64,000 nucleotides of DNA from positions 24,056,001 through 24,120,000 of the forward strand of contig NC_043014.1 in NCBI RefSeq assembly GCF_006345805.1. The letters run 5' to 3'. Position numbers and translations under genes: made by a program. The stretch comes from Octopus sinensis. Its lineage: Eukaryota. Positions 38,613 to 53,061 of the stretch are shown here, piece by piece (the stretch's first letter is position 1; every line of letters begins with the position of its first letter). The notes under the pieces were generated by a model. It had not been told where the DNA came from and searched no databases. It saw only the letters and a program-made list of their open reading frames with translations.

Positions 38613-40252
38613 CGTTGCCCCTTTGACCCATGAATAGTCAAGAAGAAAAGGGAAAAGATAGATAAATACAACCCTCTTAAATATGAAATAGCCCGGCTAC
38701 GGAAAATGAAGAAGGTGAAGATAGTGCTAATTATTGTTGGGTCCTTGGGAACAGTATCAGAAGGCATCAAGGGGAATATAAAGGAAATTGGAATAGAGTG
38801 TCCAATAGAAGTGTTAGAAAAGGTTTGCCTCCTTAGCATGGCCAAAATAATCAGGAAAGTATTAGCTGAAAAGAACAGATAGCATGGTCTTGTAGGCTGC
38901 AGGTAGAAAACCCGCCATGCATGTAAAACACCAGGAGCTCCAACAAAAACCTGTGATAAAGAGAAATAATAATAAAAATGTCAAATACAAAGATATAAAA
39001 CACTGGATTGAATGAGACTGGTACTAAAAACAGTGTACACGAGGGCAGATGTGAACTCTCAGAGTCTGTGTTAGCAACCCACCTGGTGATGGTGTTACAA
39101 TAAAAATACCAGTGACTGCACAACTTACAAATACTACCTTTAAATGAGTGATGTCAAAATCAAATAATAACCACAATGGAACTGTTAACAGTGAAGTTGT
39201 GATGCATGGTAAGCAGGGAGTAACTGATCAACCTCCAACAGGTCATCATCAAGCTATTGATCAGGACCAAAATTGCAGTCAAAAGTGTAAAAGAATGAGA
39301 ATGAAATGGGAAAAAGAGGCTTCATGAATTGAGTGAAGAGAATATGGGATGAAAAAGTAGGTTTTTGCCAAGATATAGACAAATGGCTGAAGGAGATTGA
39401 AATAGAATGCCTCTTGGGGACAGTAAAGATTATCAGGAGGATTCTAAGCACTTGAAGGACTGTCAAAAATGTGTGGATCCCTAAGGTTGCAGGTAGTAAC
39501 CTGCTACCCACATAAATCCTACCAGGATTAAGACCAAATCTGAGCTTGTTTCTATAATGATGATGATGGTCATAATAGTAGTAGTTATAATAATAACTTG
39601 GAATGAGACAGTGACATACATGTGGAGGAATGCCCCAAGTTGGCACAGGAAGAATATAAGAAATGGAGGCTCAACCAAGCTGTAAAAATTTTACACAGGA
39701 AACTGTGCCAGAAATAGGAATTTGAAGCTGTAAGCATATGGTACAATCACCGAGTTAAAAAAAGTACTGGAGTCAGAGGAATGTAAGATTTTGTGGGACA
39801 AAATGGACAAGAAGTTAGAAAATAAAAGACTGGAAATAACAATGATAGATAAGGAAAAGCGAAGTTGTTTACTGATCAACTCACCATGCCTGTTTGATTC
39901 TAGGATTGTAAAGAAAGAGAATGAAAAACAGAAAAAATACAATCCCTTAAAATTTGAAATAGGAAGAATTTGGAGCATGAGAACAATAAAGGTTATGCCT
40001 ATAATAATTGGTGCATTGGGAACAGTAAGCAAAGATATAGACAAATGGTTGAAAGAGATTGAAATAGAATGCCCAGTAAAACTCCTACAGAAAGTTTGTC
40101 TCTTCGGGACAGCATGGATTATCAGGAGGGTTTTAAGCACTTAATAGACAGCTGAAAACTTGTGGATACCTAAGGTTACAGGAAGTAATCCACTACCCAC
40201 ATAAATCCTACCAGGAATAAGACTGAACCTGAGCCAAACCAAAATAATAATA
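38612..40252 (+). mobile_element. Cluster of three 3'-end fragments of R4/Dong-type RLE LINEs
   Basis: Repeated KYNPLK(Y/F)EI...IIVG(S/A)LGTV...LQKVCL C-termini at about 38612-38975, 39365-39590 and 39600-40252, each ending in TAA-rich repeats. Confidence 0.75.
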
Positions 40253-40263
40253 AAGCTAAATAC

Positions 40264-40378
40264 CTTCAAGTTTGATAATTTTCAGTGCTTTGGGAAACTT
40301 CTGGAATGCTGCATCAGTGAGTAGTGGAGAACCAAGGAAGGAGATGTGTTCTAGTTTGGAACAATGAAGTAAGATACT
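40264..40378 (-). CDS. FBXL13: FBXL13 coding exon (SILLHCSKLEHISFLGSPLLTDAAFQKFPKALKIIKLE-G)
   Basis: AG at 40379-40380, GT at 40263-40262; 115 nt, phase 0 to 1. Confidence 0.88.
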
Positions 40379-41989
40379 CTTCAGATAAAGAGAAAAACAA
40401 TAAAAAATAATTAAATAAAGACCCCATGTAGATGCAGAAGAGATACAAAAAATGGTACTTTGGTTAACATAGAGTTTAATGTTGTAAAAAAGTGAAAGTA
40501 AATTGGAAGTGACAATAATGACATCCTATAATTTCATAAACACAGGCACTTAGTTATATAAGATTTTCTAATGACAGCATGAGCATTTCTGAATGCAGCT
40601 GGAGTATATTGCTGTCAGATAGTATAGTCAAAAACTCCATAGGGATGCATTTGATTTCCGATGTGTGGGATATGTTAGTTTAGGTCACATATATGTTGTG
40701 AAGTTTTGAACTATTCTTTAAATTTTGTTAATCTAGCAATCCCAATACAGCCTATTGAAAGGAGATGGATGCTTTATTGAGAAGAAACTCAGGTGACAAT
40801 GTTAAAAATGAGTTGCTTTATTTACATCATATCTGTATGATTATATGAGGCAAAATAGGTTTAGCAACTGCGAAAAAGTTATAGGTATGTTCTATGCATC
40901 ATTTTGACATTATATAAATATCATGAACTGTCATCACTTTTTTTTACAACACTTAAACTGCATGATAATCCTTACTTTTCATCTGTGAATATGATACAGT
41001 AAAATGCAGCTAAATACTGATATAGTCACATACTGTGTAATGATATGCAGAGGATTTTGATTTCCGGGGACCAGCAAGACTAAGAATCATTGCAGCATCT
41101 TTCAAAACAAACAAGAAGGAAAACAACTACAGTGAGGTTTATGGATGCACACAGCTCTCCAAAGATTGTTATGCATTAGCCCTAAAATATTACCCCCCCC
41201 CCAAAAAAAAAGAACACCTGTGAATGATAACACTGAATTGGTGACCTAATGAACTGGTTACCTGCAGCAAAAAAAAAAGAAAAAGAAAATACCACTAGAC
41301 TGACCCCAGTTGACAAAAACACTTGTTGCAGGTTAGGCCTGGTCATGCTGAAAGGTTATTATGGATTAAGTTGGGCTGAATGTATTGTAAACAGGAACAA
41401 AACTCACAAACATTTTATATTTATTTAAGGAAAAGATACCTGTCTGTATAGATATATATTCACACACACACACAATGGGCTTCTTTTAGTTACACTCTAT
41501 CAAATCCACTCACAAGGCCTTGGTTGGCCTGAGACTATAGTAGAAGGTACTTGCTCAGGGTGCCATGCTGTGGGACTGAACTCAGAACCATGTAGTTGGG
41601 AAGCATCATCCATGTATTGCATTCAAAAGACCCAACAAAACACATGCAGTAGGCTTGAGATCATGACTGGAGGACCAATAACTTGGTAATTCTACCTCTA
41701 CTACTTTGGTTTGAAGTTAGTAACTAATGTGTCTTCTTTCTCCACCATATTTTTCCACAGACTTAAATTCAATGACACAAGCTGATGAAGCACTCATTAG
41801 TTACACAATAGTATCTCTGCTCCTTACAGTAATGAGCTTTGCCTACATGAAAGAACTGTATCTTGACAATATATACCGTGCGGTATCAGTAACTGATTAT
41901 GAACAATCTCAGACAGTTCATCGCAGTACATTGGTGCAGCACATTTTTTAAAGATATACAGCAAATTAAAGTTAGTGACTTTAAACCAA

Positions 41990-43600
41990 AGTAGTAGAAG
42001 GACTCAGAGCCACAAAACGGTTTGGAAAAGGAAGGTTTGGAATCTTAAAGATCCATTGAATAATCAGAGATATAGAGATTTTTAACAAAAAGGTGGAGAA
42101 AATAAAGAAGTACAACATAGAGGGTAACTGGAAATTTTTATGAAACAACCTACAGAGGGTGACATCAAATCTGTGGTTGGTACAAAGTTCAAACCAGACC
42201 AAGGATGATGTGGAGATAGAACAGTGAAGTAGACAGCCATAAAAGTGAAGAGATAGACATGGAAGGATAGGAAGTATGGGGTTAGCAGAGAAATATACCA
42301 GGTAGTTTGAAGAGAAGCTAGGCAAGGAGAAAGGCAGGAAGGAAGAGATTTGCCAATATCAATGGCACTAGGACCAGAGGTGTGTGGTGTTTCAGGTTAC
42401 AAGATAGTGTGTCAGAGAAAATTATGATGTCGTAGGAGAGAAGTATATGCAGATCAATAATGATACACTTGCACTGAGTGATTTAGAAAGGTGCCATGGA
42501 AGTGCCACTATGACAGGCTGCTAAATGTGGAGAATGCATAAAATAAGGAAGTCTTCTTAATGTGAATCCAGCAAAGGAACCAGCTACTTGAGTTGACAAC
42601 TATGATTGATAAAGAAATTAAGAATATGAAGACAGGAAAAGTTCCTGGTCTGCCAGGAATTATAACTGAGATGCCTACAATATCTGGCAGAGTGGGATAT
42701 AGCCAAGTCACCTGAGTAGTTTATCAAGTAGTACAAGAAGGTATCACATCCAATGACAAGCACAGAAACATTATATCTACTGTTACAAGGGTAAAAGAAA
42801 TGCCTTAAAGATAAATAATTACAGAAGTATTGAATTACTAGACCAGGTCTGGAAAGTTATGGCAAGGGTTATTGCTCAAATAATTAGGAAGAGGGTTAAG
42901 TTAGATGTGATGCAGTTTGGTTCTGTGCTAGAGAGAAACACTACTGAAGCTATCCAGGAAGGTAATGGCTGAAGTATTTAGTCCACAATAAACTGCTCTA
43001 CTTAGCATTTGTCAACATGGAGAAAGCCTTTGATAGGTAATCACTGTGGATACTAGGGGTAGATGACTGATAAGAGCTATCCAAACCATGGACAAGGGTG
43101 CTTTCTGTAAGGTGAAAGTTGGAGATGAGTACAGCCATGAAATGAATGCAGGTAGGAGTTCTCCAGTGTTTGGTGCTCAGTCCCCTTCTATATATCATTA
43201 TCCTCTAAGCCATAACAAAAGAGTTAAAAACTGGTTGCCCAAGGAAGTTTCTCTATGCTGATGACTTTGCTCATATAGCTGAGAATTAAAAATGAAATTC
43301 CAGGTGTAGAAGTAAAACCTGTAATTAAAGGTCCTAAAGATTAATTAACTTAGCAAAGATAAAAGTTCTTGTAAGCTGGAAAACAGATAAACCACAAATC
43401 TCTTCAGGAAAATGGCTCAGTTCAATATTTAGAAAATGTGTAGGTAGGAATTCCATATAGTGTACCCAGGGTAAACTGTGGACACATAACAGGTAAGGGA
43501 ATGTGGATGGAACTCATGGAAGAGATAGACCCAGGAAGATGTTGAACAAAGTAGTGAAGGCTGACTTCTGGATGTTGGGCCTCAGCAAGGAGGTAACAAA
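41990..43600 (+). mobile_element. Highly degraded RTE LINE
   Basis: Remnant MKTGKVPG, MQFG, MEKAFDR and LYADD motifs with many stops. Confidence 0.75.
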
Positions 43601-44796
43601 GGCTGGGGATGATTGGCCAATTGCTGTGTTCAAGAAAACCCATCCATCTCAGCACAAATGAGGCTTTAAAAATATACTGCTTACATCTATGCCCCTGACT
43701 CAATCTGTCCCTGATGTGTCTCTTCCCCACAGCTCATCTTCATAACACCCATCTTCTGACAATGGCATTATTCACTCAGTCATTGTAACTATATGACAGC
43801 CACTTACTTTGTATTTCACATTTTCAATATCATCCCCTACCATCTTATCCTCCACTGAATGCCTCCTTCACTTTCACTCTTTCATTTGGACAATGGCAGC
43901 CCCTACTGCTTATGTACATCATCTTATGCACTGCTCACCTTGTCCCCAGTGCTGTGCATCTTTTGAACACTGCCCACATATCACATTACCTGTACTGCTA
44001 CCTATCACCTCCCTGACCCAAATTTATTTCTTCCACCTTCCCTCCTCTGAATTTATATTCACCATTGATCACACCTATACTCATGTTTACCATTCTCTTC
44101 TACCTTTTCTATCCATCTGCCACTCTTCTTGCACACTTTTACGATCTTACCTACCCATTCACCTTGTCCACTCCTCTGGACCAGTTCTCTGTTGTTCACC
44201 TTCCTGTACCTAAGGATACATCCCAACACCTCTGCACCATCTTCTCTCCTTTTCCAACAGGGGTTGCCATGTATCTCCTCTATTTCTATCCCTCTATCAT
44301 ACTTTAATTTCTCATCACTTGGCATAAAATTACCTCCCTTAATATTACACTCCTTAGTTGAGGGATCTTGTTTTGTGAGATTATCTCATTTGTTCCAGTA
44401 CCATGTAAAAAGCACCCAGTATACTTTGTGAAGTGGTTGATGTTAGGAACGGCATCCAGTTGTAGAAAACATGACAAAGCAAACATTAGAGCTTGGTGCA
44501 ATCTTCCAGCTCATTGACTCCTCTCAAACCATTTAACCCATGCCAGCATGAAAAACAAATATTAAAAAGTGATGGTGATGATGACGATGAAATTAAGGCT
44601 TCAGAAAATTCATACAAATCCATGAGTATCTTGAAAAACATGCTATCAATAATCTGGTAATATACATAAATGTAATTTATAAATCAAGGTAATATATTGT
44701 TATCTGAAATTAATTGAAACACATAGAGGTTGAGTTTCATAAGAAATATGATTATGAAAGGGTTAAGTGAGGGTACTTATATGAAATTTACCTTAC

Positions 44797-44895
44797 CTGG
44801 ATGCATTGGTCTGTTAAAGTTGGGAATTCATCAACAATAAAGACTTTAAGATTATCACACTTGTTGAAAATTTGCATGAATCCTTCAGGAGTTAA
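44797..44895 (-). CDS. FBXL13: FBXL13 coding exon (LTPEGFMQIFNKCDNLKVFIVDEFPTLTDQCIQ)
   Basis: CAG acceptor, GTAAG donor; 99 nt, phase 0-0. Confidence 0.9.
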
Positions 44896-45269
44896 CTGAA
44901 AATATTTGATGAAATTATTTTTGAATTTATTTTCAAAATTGATGGCTGTTTTCAAAATGAACTACCAAGACCATGCTAGAACATAATAATGAAATAAAAA
45001 TTGTTGTTCATATAATATTTTAGTAAACTTTTTTTTAATGAGTTGCTACCACCTGACAGACCGACACCGATGATGCTGACACCCACCACCATTACCCACC
45101 ATCACCACCACTACCACCATCACTAATAATAGTATTAGTTGTTGTAATTGTTACTGCTGTTACTATGTTACTACTGCTGTTGTTGCAGAGGGAAAAGAGA
45201 TATGAGTAAACCTATGCTAGGGAAAAGCTTGAAGAAAAAAATTTGCTGGTATTACTTGCCCATAGAGAT

Positions 45270-45725
45270 ACTTCAGTTAGCATGGTGGACAAAATGATTA
45301 GTAGCATTTAGTCTGTTTTGACGTTCTGAGTTCAGGTTCTGCTGAGGTTAACTTTGCTTTTCATTCTTTCAGGGCCGATGAAATAAGTACCAGTTGAACA
45401 CTGGGGTCAATGTAATTGACTCATACCCTCCGCCAAAATTACTGCCCTTGTGGCAAAATTTGAAACCATTATTACTATTACTACTACTACCACTATGGTA
45501 ATGAGCTGGTAGAATCTTTAGCACACTGGGCAAAATGCTTAGCGACATTTCATCTGTCTTTATGTTTTGAGTTAAAATTCTGCTGAGGTCAACTTTGCCT
45601 TTCGTCCTTTTGGGGTTGATAAATTAAGTACCAGTGAAACGCTGGGGTTGATACAATTGACTAGTCCCCTCCCCCATAATTTCAGGCCTTGTGTCTTTAG
45701 TAGAAAGGATTATTATTATTATTAT
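45270..45725 (+). mobile_element. Two tandem tRNA-derived SINEs with a Meta-like central domain
   Basis: GAGTTCAAATTC-like B box followed by GTCAACTTTGCCTTTCRTCCTTTYGGGGTYGAT..AAGTACC; (ATT)n tails. Confidence 0.7.
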
Positions 45726-45734
45726 TATTTGATG

Positions 45735-46105
45735 CAAACTCACAGCTTATTTTGCTGGGTATGATGGAAAGTGTCCACAGCCATCAGACAAAGGTGACAC
45801 TTGTTTACTGGTTATGCTTCAAGAACCCTGTGAAGAATTCTTGCAGTTCCAAGCTATGCTGATTTTTGTAGATGTTCTACCTTTGCATGTGTACCAATCT
45901 TTCTGAACCATGTTGGTAGTTGAGTGCTGATACTTCCAAGTGCATCAATTACTATTGATACTACGTCTACTCTCCTCATTGACTACTACCTATGTATTTT
46001 CCACTTCAAATCGTCATAGTTGTTCAGCTTTTCTTCTTTCTCTTTGAACCTGTTATCAGTGGGACATGCTATGTCAATTATCATACATGTTCTTTCTATT
46101 ATTAT
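45735..46105 (-). mobile_element. 3' fragment of an RLE-type LINE
   Basis: Minus-strand VVSIVIDALGSI...LQKSA*LGTARILHRVL. Confidence 0.65.
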
Positions 46106-46119
46106 TATTATTATTTCGA

Positions 46120-46590
46120 AGGCAGCAAGCTGGCAGAATTGTTAGCACACTGGACGAGATGCTTAGCAGTATTTTGCCTGCTGCTATGTTCTGAGTTCAA
46201 ATTCCACTGAGGTTGACTTGGCCTTGCATCCTTTTGGGGTTGATGAAATAAGTACCAGTGAAAAACTGGGGTCAATGTGATCGAATAGTCCCCTCCCCCA
46301 AAGTTTAAGCCCTGTACCTATTGTAGAAAGGATTATTCTTATTCCGATAAAATTCAACAAAACTTCAGGAGCCAATGCAACATACATGTAAACAAAACGA
46401 TATAATAATAATAATCCTTTCTACTATAGGCAAAAGGCCTGAAATTTGGGGGAGGGGGATAGTTGATTACATCAACCCCAGTGTTTCACTAAATTAAGTA
46501 CCAGAGAAACATTGGGGTCAATGTAATCAACTATCCCCCTTCCCCAAATGTCAGGCTTTATTCCTATAGTAGAAAGGATCATCATCATCA
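46120..46590. mobile_element. SINE (46120-46340, +) followed by a palindrome of two inverted SINE 3' halves (46409-46583)
   Basis: Same family as 45270-45725; two 3' halves face each other with arms of about 80 bp. Confidence 0.7.
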
Positions 46591-46899
46591 TCTTTACATG
46601 TGTGTTGCATTGGCTCCTGAAGGTTTGTAGAATCTTGTTGGAAATAATTTGTTTATTCTCTTTAATTTTTGTTAGTACCTTACATAAGGACATACTCATT
46701 TACTAGGTGAAGAGTGGGGACCGCCAAATCATGTTGCAAAGATCTCTATTGTAATATTTTAAGCTTTTGTCAGGTTTTTTTTTTTTACATTGGAATTATA
46801 GCATTGTTAACATCCACTAAAGGTTTTAATGAGGAGATAGCAAGAAAATCTTATACTACAACTATCTTCATGAGAGAGTAAAAGCTAACAACAACAACA

Positions 46900-47920
46900 A
46901 TGGTCATGGCATTTTTAACAACAAAGCAATAGTGACACCAGCTGCAATAATAACAGTAACAACAGCAGCAGCAACAACAATGATAGCAATGGTAATTACA
47001 ACAGCAGCATCAGCATCAGCAACCATTATAAAAGTATCACCAAGGATTGTGATAGCAGCAAAATCACCTACAAATCTTGTACTTAACCTAAACAAGAAAG
47101 AAGATGACCTGGTACAGGTGAAACAACTTGTGAAGCTGAATGGGAGAAATGCATAAACTGCCATCCCAGCTGAGGTTTTGGTGGGAGGCACACAGAAGAT
47201 GGTAGTGTATCTCTGTGTATGTTCTAATACTCGAGTCCTAAAAGCAGTGATACATGCTCAGGTGGAACAAGCCCTGAAAGAAATATGGACAAAGAAAATG
47301 TCACTATGCAAGGCATTTTGGGAGTGTGTAGTTCCTCTTCAAGAGCAAAGCCTTCAAGATGAAGCATTCTAAAGCCCCTAGATGCAACAAGGAGTTTTTC
47401 CTCTTCCCAACTTGTGGATGTCATGTCCTTCTCATCAAGACAGAAAATTCCACCAGGGTTGGATATCTGGTGGTTGATAGCTTACATCACTTTAAATAGA
47501 AGCAATACTCTCCATGAAATAAAACAAATGGAGGCATCGTGGTCTGGACCAGAGGAGATTGAAATGATTCTAAACCTAAGCCTGATGGGCCGTGAAGTCT
47601 GGCATAGCATGGTAAATTCCATTGTCTCGACCATGGTAGAACAATGATGATGAAGCCTGATGTAGTGGATCTACATATTGCAATTGGGGCAGAAAGCTAA
47701 GATGCCAACTGAAAGGTACAGAAGACTGCTTCAGAGCTCTCTGTCCACAACAAAAAGCATGAGAGAAGAGACCCCCTCTGCTATCAACATCACAACCCCA
47801 ATGACAGAGACAGTGTACAGTATCAAAGGAACAAGAACAACAGCAGCAGCACCAGCACCAACAACAGTAACAACAGCAACAAATGACACCCACAATTACA
47901 GGAAAATATTCAACCAAACT
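46900..47920 (+). pseudogene. Decayed ORF1 of an older Tx1/L1-type LINE
   Basis: Fragmentary peptides (QVEQALKEIW, KIPPGLDIWWLIA) resembling the intact ORF1 downstream (EAIEKCLRPIW, DIPPEIDVDFVIA); Thr/Ala-rich linkers. Confidence 0.5.
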
Positions 47921-47934
47921 CTTTATTATTATTC

Positions 47935-47978
<44 letters not shown>

Positions 47979-48094
47979 CGGTCGTGTTATTCTTTGCTCC
48001 GCAGTGAAAGATTGTTTTTGTGCTGAAAAGTTTGAAAATTTGCTGTTTTGGTCGTCGAGGCCACTTCTTTTTTGCTGTTCTTTCCCCCTTGTTT

Positions 48095-49306
48095 CATGAA
48101 TTTGCCACCAATCTCCTCCGAGTCGGAGGAAAACGTTGAAAATTTGTTTGAAGGCATGAAGGCGAAAATGTGGGAAGAGGAAGATAAAAGTAAAGAGACG
48201 TCTCAAGCGCTCGTTACAAAAGCAGACGACAATATGTCTAGCGAAGCTACTACACAACAGGAAAAGTCAAAAATAAATTTTGCGAGTGCAGCAACTCGCC
48301 CCTGTGAAAACATCATTATTAACAAAGAAGAATTAAAGAAGTACCAAAGTTTATTAAAAAAAGGTGATAATGTGAAGTTGTTCCCTCCCAGTGAATTAAT
48401 TTACGCGACGGAGAGAAAAACTGTCATATACAAGACATATAATGTGAAAAATAGGAAAATTGACTTCGTGCAGAGAGAAGCCATAGAAAAATGTTTGAGG
48501 CCGATATGGCAACAAACTACTTATATAACGAGGGGTAGTCGCTTCGGCACGGTAGAGGTGCGTTTCCCTAGCGAAGAAAAAGCTAGGGAACATTCAACAA
48601 GAATGTTGAAGTCGGAAGATGTAGTTCTCCTACCATTTTATTTAGGAATGAGAACTTCCAGAATAACGGTCACAGACATTCCTCCCGAAATAGATGTGGA
48701 CTTTGTCATAGCAGCGATTCTCTTAGGCAAAGAGGAAGAAATTGCCATTCTTCAGTCTAAGAGATATCGTCACATGAACTGGTATGGACAAGACTTGTGA
48801 TCCAAGCAAACCACTCGGACTTGGAAAAATTGCCCAGCTCCCTCACCATTGGCGATAATACCAGCATGATGGTAATAGTCGAGGGAAGAAAGCCCAGGTG
48901 TTATAAATGTGGCGAGAAAGGCCACATAAGGTCGAGCTGCAAGAAGAGAGCCAAAGAAAATACTGCAGAGGCAAGCACGACGCCGAAAACAACAACTACA
49001 CCGCTAGAAATAGCAGCCACGTCGCACACCCCAATTGTCGAAGTTCAGCCGACAACGGGAGAAAACAACAACAACATCCAGGAGTGGGTCACCATAGAAC
49101 CTTCAAATAGAAGACGGAAACGGAAAAATCCACCCTCTTCAGATACACAGGACTATACTCCGAGACAGACAAGCACACCCACACCCACAAATACAGTCGC
49201 AAACACACACACTGGAAAAAGCACACACAAACACACACACACCTACAACCCCACCGTCCACAATCGCCTAACAAAAAAAAAGAAACACCCTCACGGCGAT
49301 AAATAA
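48095..49306 (+). pseudogene. Tx1-type ORF1 (gag-like zinc knuckle), frameshifted near 48797
   Basis: ORFs 48048..48800 and 48797..49306. Confidence 0.8.
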
Positions 49307-49699
49307 AAACAATAACCCATTAAGAGAAAAAATTATTTTAATGAAATTGGCGAAAAAATATACCGTAACATATAAATAGTACTATTTCTGAAAATGTCGA
49401 ATTTTATACAATAGATAACACTGATTATTTTGAAATAAAAAAATCTTTTGCGGAGGACGTAGGCCCGTTACAGATGAACTTTTCGAACCATCTGTACAGG
49501 CATATTACACTATTTTTTTTTTTGTTTTGGTGCCCGGGTCAGCCCCTCAGACGCTTTCGGAACTTCCCGATGTGAATTTTCCGAGGCCTCTCCCCCACCC
49601 CCCTTTCGCGTGCGCGAATTTTTTTTTTCATATTCGTTCATAGGAAGTTGTTTTACACCTATTACACACTTTTTTTTTTTGATTTTCTGATATTTGTTA

Positions 49700-52600
49700 C
49701 GCCCTATATTAACCTAAATATTCGCGGCCTGGGGGTCGTATTGGAAGCAAGGCTACCTCCTTGACGACCTTAGCTCGTATCGTTTGGATGTAGTGGTAAT
49801 TACCGAATCCAGACTGAGTGGGCTGCAGGCCTTTACGCCCCTTCTAAACGGCTACGAGAAATACGTTTCTCCCTGTCGACCTGGAGGGGGCGGAGCAGTG
49901 GCAGTGCTGGTCAGGAAAAACCTAGATTTAGAGATTAGAACTGTCTTTATAGATCCGGAAGGCAGGTTGGTCGTTTTGGATGTGACGCACAGCAGTGGTA
50001 AAGTGTTCAGGCTGGTCGCTGTCTATGCTCCCTGCAAAGGAAAAGCCGGGCAGAAAGAGTATTTCAAAAGCCTAGAGAATTTTCTTGGCACGTCGAACAC
50101 GTTAGTATTGCTAGGTGACTTCAACATAATTTGTGATGCAAGCGTAGATTATGTTGGCTCGAGAAAGAATAGGAGGGGATTACCTCACCTCAACAATATG
50201 CTAAGTCGTTTCGAATTGGCAGATAGATTCAGACTGGACCACCCAGACACTCCAGCGTGGACCTGGGCAAGAAACGACGGGTCGTCCAGATCTTACATTG
50301 ATAGAATCATAACTAGAAAGAAAGATAAGAAAATACTTAGCTGTCCACAACACCATATCATCAGCTACAGCGATCACAAATTAGTGACCTGTATGCTCGA
50401 CATAGATAGCATGTGTAGACGAGGTACCGGTTACTGGAAGCTAAACAAGTCACTATTGGACTGTGAAGCCTACAGGTATCGGATTAAACAATTAGTAATG
50501 AGGGCGTTAACTGGATCCATTATCAACAACAAATGGTGGTACGCCCTGAAAAGAGCCATCAAATTTGAGTCAATTAGGTTTAGCAAAAAACTAGCTAGTG
50601 CTAGAAACAAAGTAGAAAATGAACTAGTTAAGGGAATAGAGGAGGCAATGAGGTCAGGCAGTGCATCGAAAGTGTTAGCGGCGAGGTTAGCACTTGACCA
50701 ACATCTCAAAGCTAAACATGAAGGGTGCATTGTCAGGGCTAAGATCCGTGCAATGAGACAGGAAGGGATCAACGCAGCCGGATGGGCCCGGGTGGTAGAG
50801 GGCCAGCGTGGCAACAACTCAACCATTCAATCCTTGACGGGCCCAAATGGTCGATTAGTAAACGAACCCGAGGAGATGTGCAAGGTGTTTCATAATCATT
50901 TCGCCCAGCTATTTGGGAGGAGCGGCGAGCTGGAGTGTGGGGAGAAGCTCGCAGACTTCCTAGCCGGTTATCCGCGTCTATCAGGGCCGGACGCGGAATC
51001 TTGTGAGGCGCTGATCACAGCCAAAGAAGTCGAGGATATGTTGGCAGACTGCGGCGGGGACAAATAGCCGGGACTCGATGGTCTGCCTTACGAACTCTAT
51101 AGTAGCATGCCAGACTTGTTTGGGCACCTACTTGCATGCGTGTACACCAACTGGCAGCAGAACGGGAGAATTCCTAAGTCTGTGAGCCGAGGGGTGGTAG
51201 TGCTGTTAAGAAAGGACCCAAACAAGGGGAATTTAATTGATAATTTTAGGCCCATCACTCTGCTTAATGCATAGTTGAAGATTTTGGCCAAGGTCTTCGC
51301 AAAAAGGTTGGTGCAGGTCGTGGGTTAACTTGTTGGTGAGGCGCAAACTTGTGCCATCCCTGGAAGGACCATCCACGACAATCTCCACTTTCTACGCTAT
51401 ACCTTAGAAAGGGTAAATAGGATTCCTGGCAAGGGTGGGGCTATGGTCCACTTGGACCAATCGAAAGCGTTTGATAGGGTGGACCATCAGTATCTGGCGG
51501 CGGTCCTCGCGGCTGCTGGCTTCGGCCCGACCTTCCGCGGATGGATCATCGCTTTATACAGCAACATCGAATCGGTAGTTCGAGTAAATGGTTTCCTTTC
51601 GGAGCTGTTCAGCATTGAACGTTCGGTATGTCAAGGGTGTCCTCTCTCCCCGCTTCTCTACATTTTGGCCCTCGAGCCGTTGCTGAGGAGGTTGGAAACT
51701 ATGAGAGGCACTCCGCAAGATCTAGGGTGCGGAAAGTCAGCTTCGGCGTATGTGGACAACATCACCATCATCGTTTCCCGAGTCGAGCACCTACAGTGGG
51801 TGGGTGAGGCCTTAAGGGACTACGAAGCGGTGGCAGGAGCGAAAGTCAACCGGGATAAATCGGTCGGCTTGCAACTCGGCACCTGGAGGGGCAAGTCGAT
51901 GCCTTCCGATAGTGTCGTAGGACGTTGGACAGAAGGACCGGTGAAAATGCTTGGAATCTGGTTAGGTCCAGATCTCCAGATAGAGAAGAACTGGAGTGAG
52001 GTGCCGAGAAAGGTGGCTCTCCTAACTCAGACATAGTCTGAGCGGAAGCTGTCCTTGAAAGGGAGGGCGGAGGTTGCAGAGGTGTTTATCGCCTCTGTAA
52101 TCACTTACCGCCTGACCGTCGTGCCTTGCCCCGATTCGTGGCTGAACAAACTGGAACGCATGCTCTTTCGCTTTTTGTGGAGGGGCAGCAGACCTCTTGT
52201 AAGGCGCTCTATTTGCTGCCAAAAGCCACTGAAGGGATGCCGTGGCTAAAAATGCACAGACATGCGCTCAGACTTAGGCACCTCTGGATTTACCTGGACG
52301 GTGAGCAGGTGTGGTCTCCGTTCGTCAAGCTGTTATTTCCACAGTTCACATCGTTTAACAAACTGAACCCATGGATCAAGTGTAGACCGAGGTTGGGCAT
52401 GTGGCACGCAGAGTGCTATCAGGCACTCGTGCTTCTCTCCCAGTCAGGCAACGCCAGTGGCAGGGGTACTACCTCGTTCTTCTATAGAGGGTTAGTAGAG
52501 TTTAAGTGTGATGACGTCCTAGGAGAAACTCTGGGCTTCGACGAAAATCAACTGGCCAGCCTGTTCCAAAGAACATTCGGTCCGGGGCCTATGGATAATT

Positions 52601-53061
52601 ACCAAAAATCCCTGGCCTGGCAATGTTACAGAGGAGCTTTACCGGTTCAAGACAAGCTCTTTAGACATGGGTGTGCACCTTCGCCGGTTTGTGCAAGATG
52701 TGAGAGGGACCGTGAAACTGTCCTGCACGCGATTGTGCAATGCCCCAAGGTGACTGAACTCTGGGCTTATGTCGAACACCTGCTGTCACATTCGAGAAGA
52801 GTACAACTGTTGAGCGAATCTGTAATGAAGATAGTTCCGCCAACCTCCCTGAATAGGGAGGAGCGAGCCTGTTTTCTCTTGGTAGTTGCTATGGCGAAAG
52901 AAGTAGTGTGGAAGACGAGAGTAAAAGGAATTGCAACAGGCATGTTTATCTCCAGTCTCAAGCTAATCGACTTTTTCGTTTTCCACATGAAATGGAAAAG
53001 TGTGTTTCGTAAAAGATGGAAGTATATAGCAAGTATGTTGCGGGTGAAAGAACCTGTTTAA
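49700..53061 (+). pseudogene. Tx1-type ORF2 (APE-RT-CCHC) with stops and a frameshift
   Basis: ORFs 49784..51067, 51443..52036, 52055..52249 and 52126..53061; catalytic YADD reads YVDN. Confidence 0.88.

Noticed and set aside
38186-38845. 219-aa ORF as a host gene
   Set aside because: Chance chimera of antisense RLE-LINE sequence and a degraded mariner transposase
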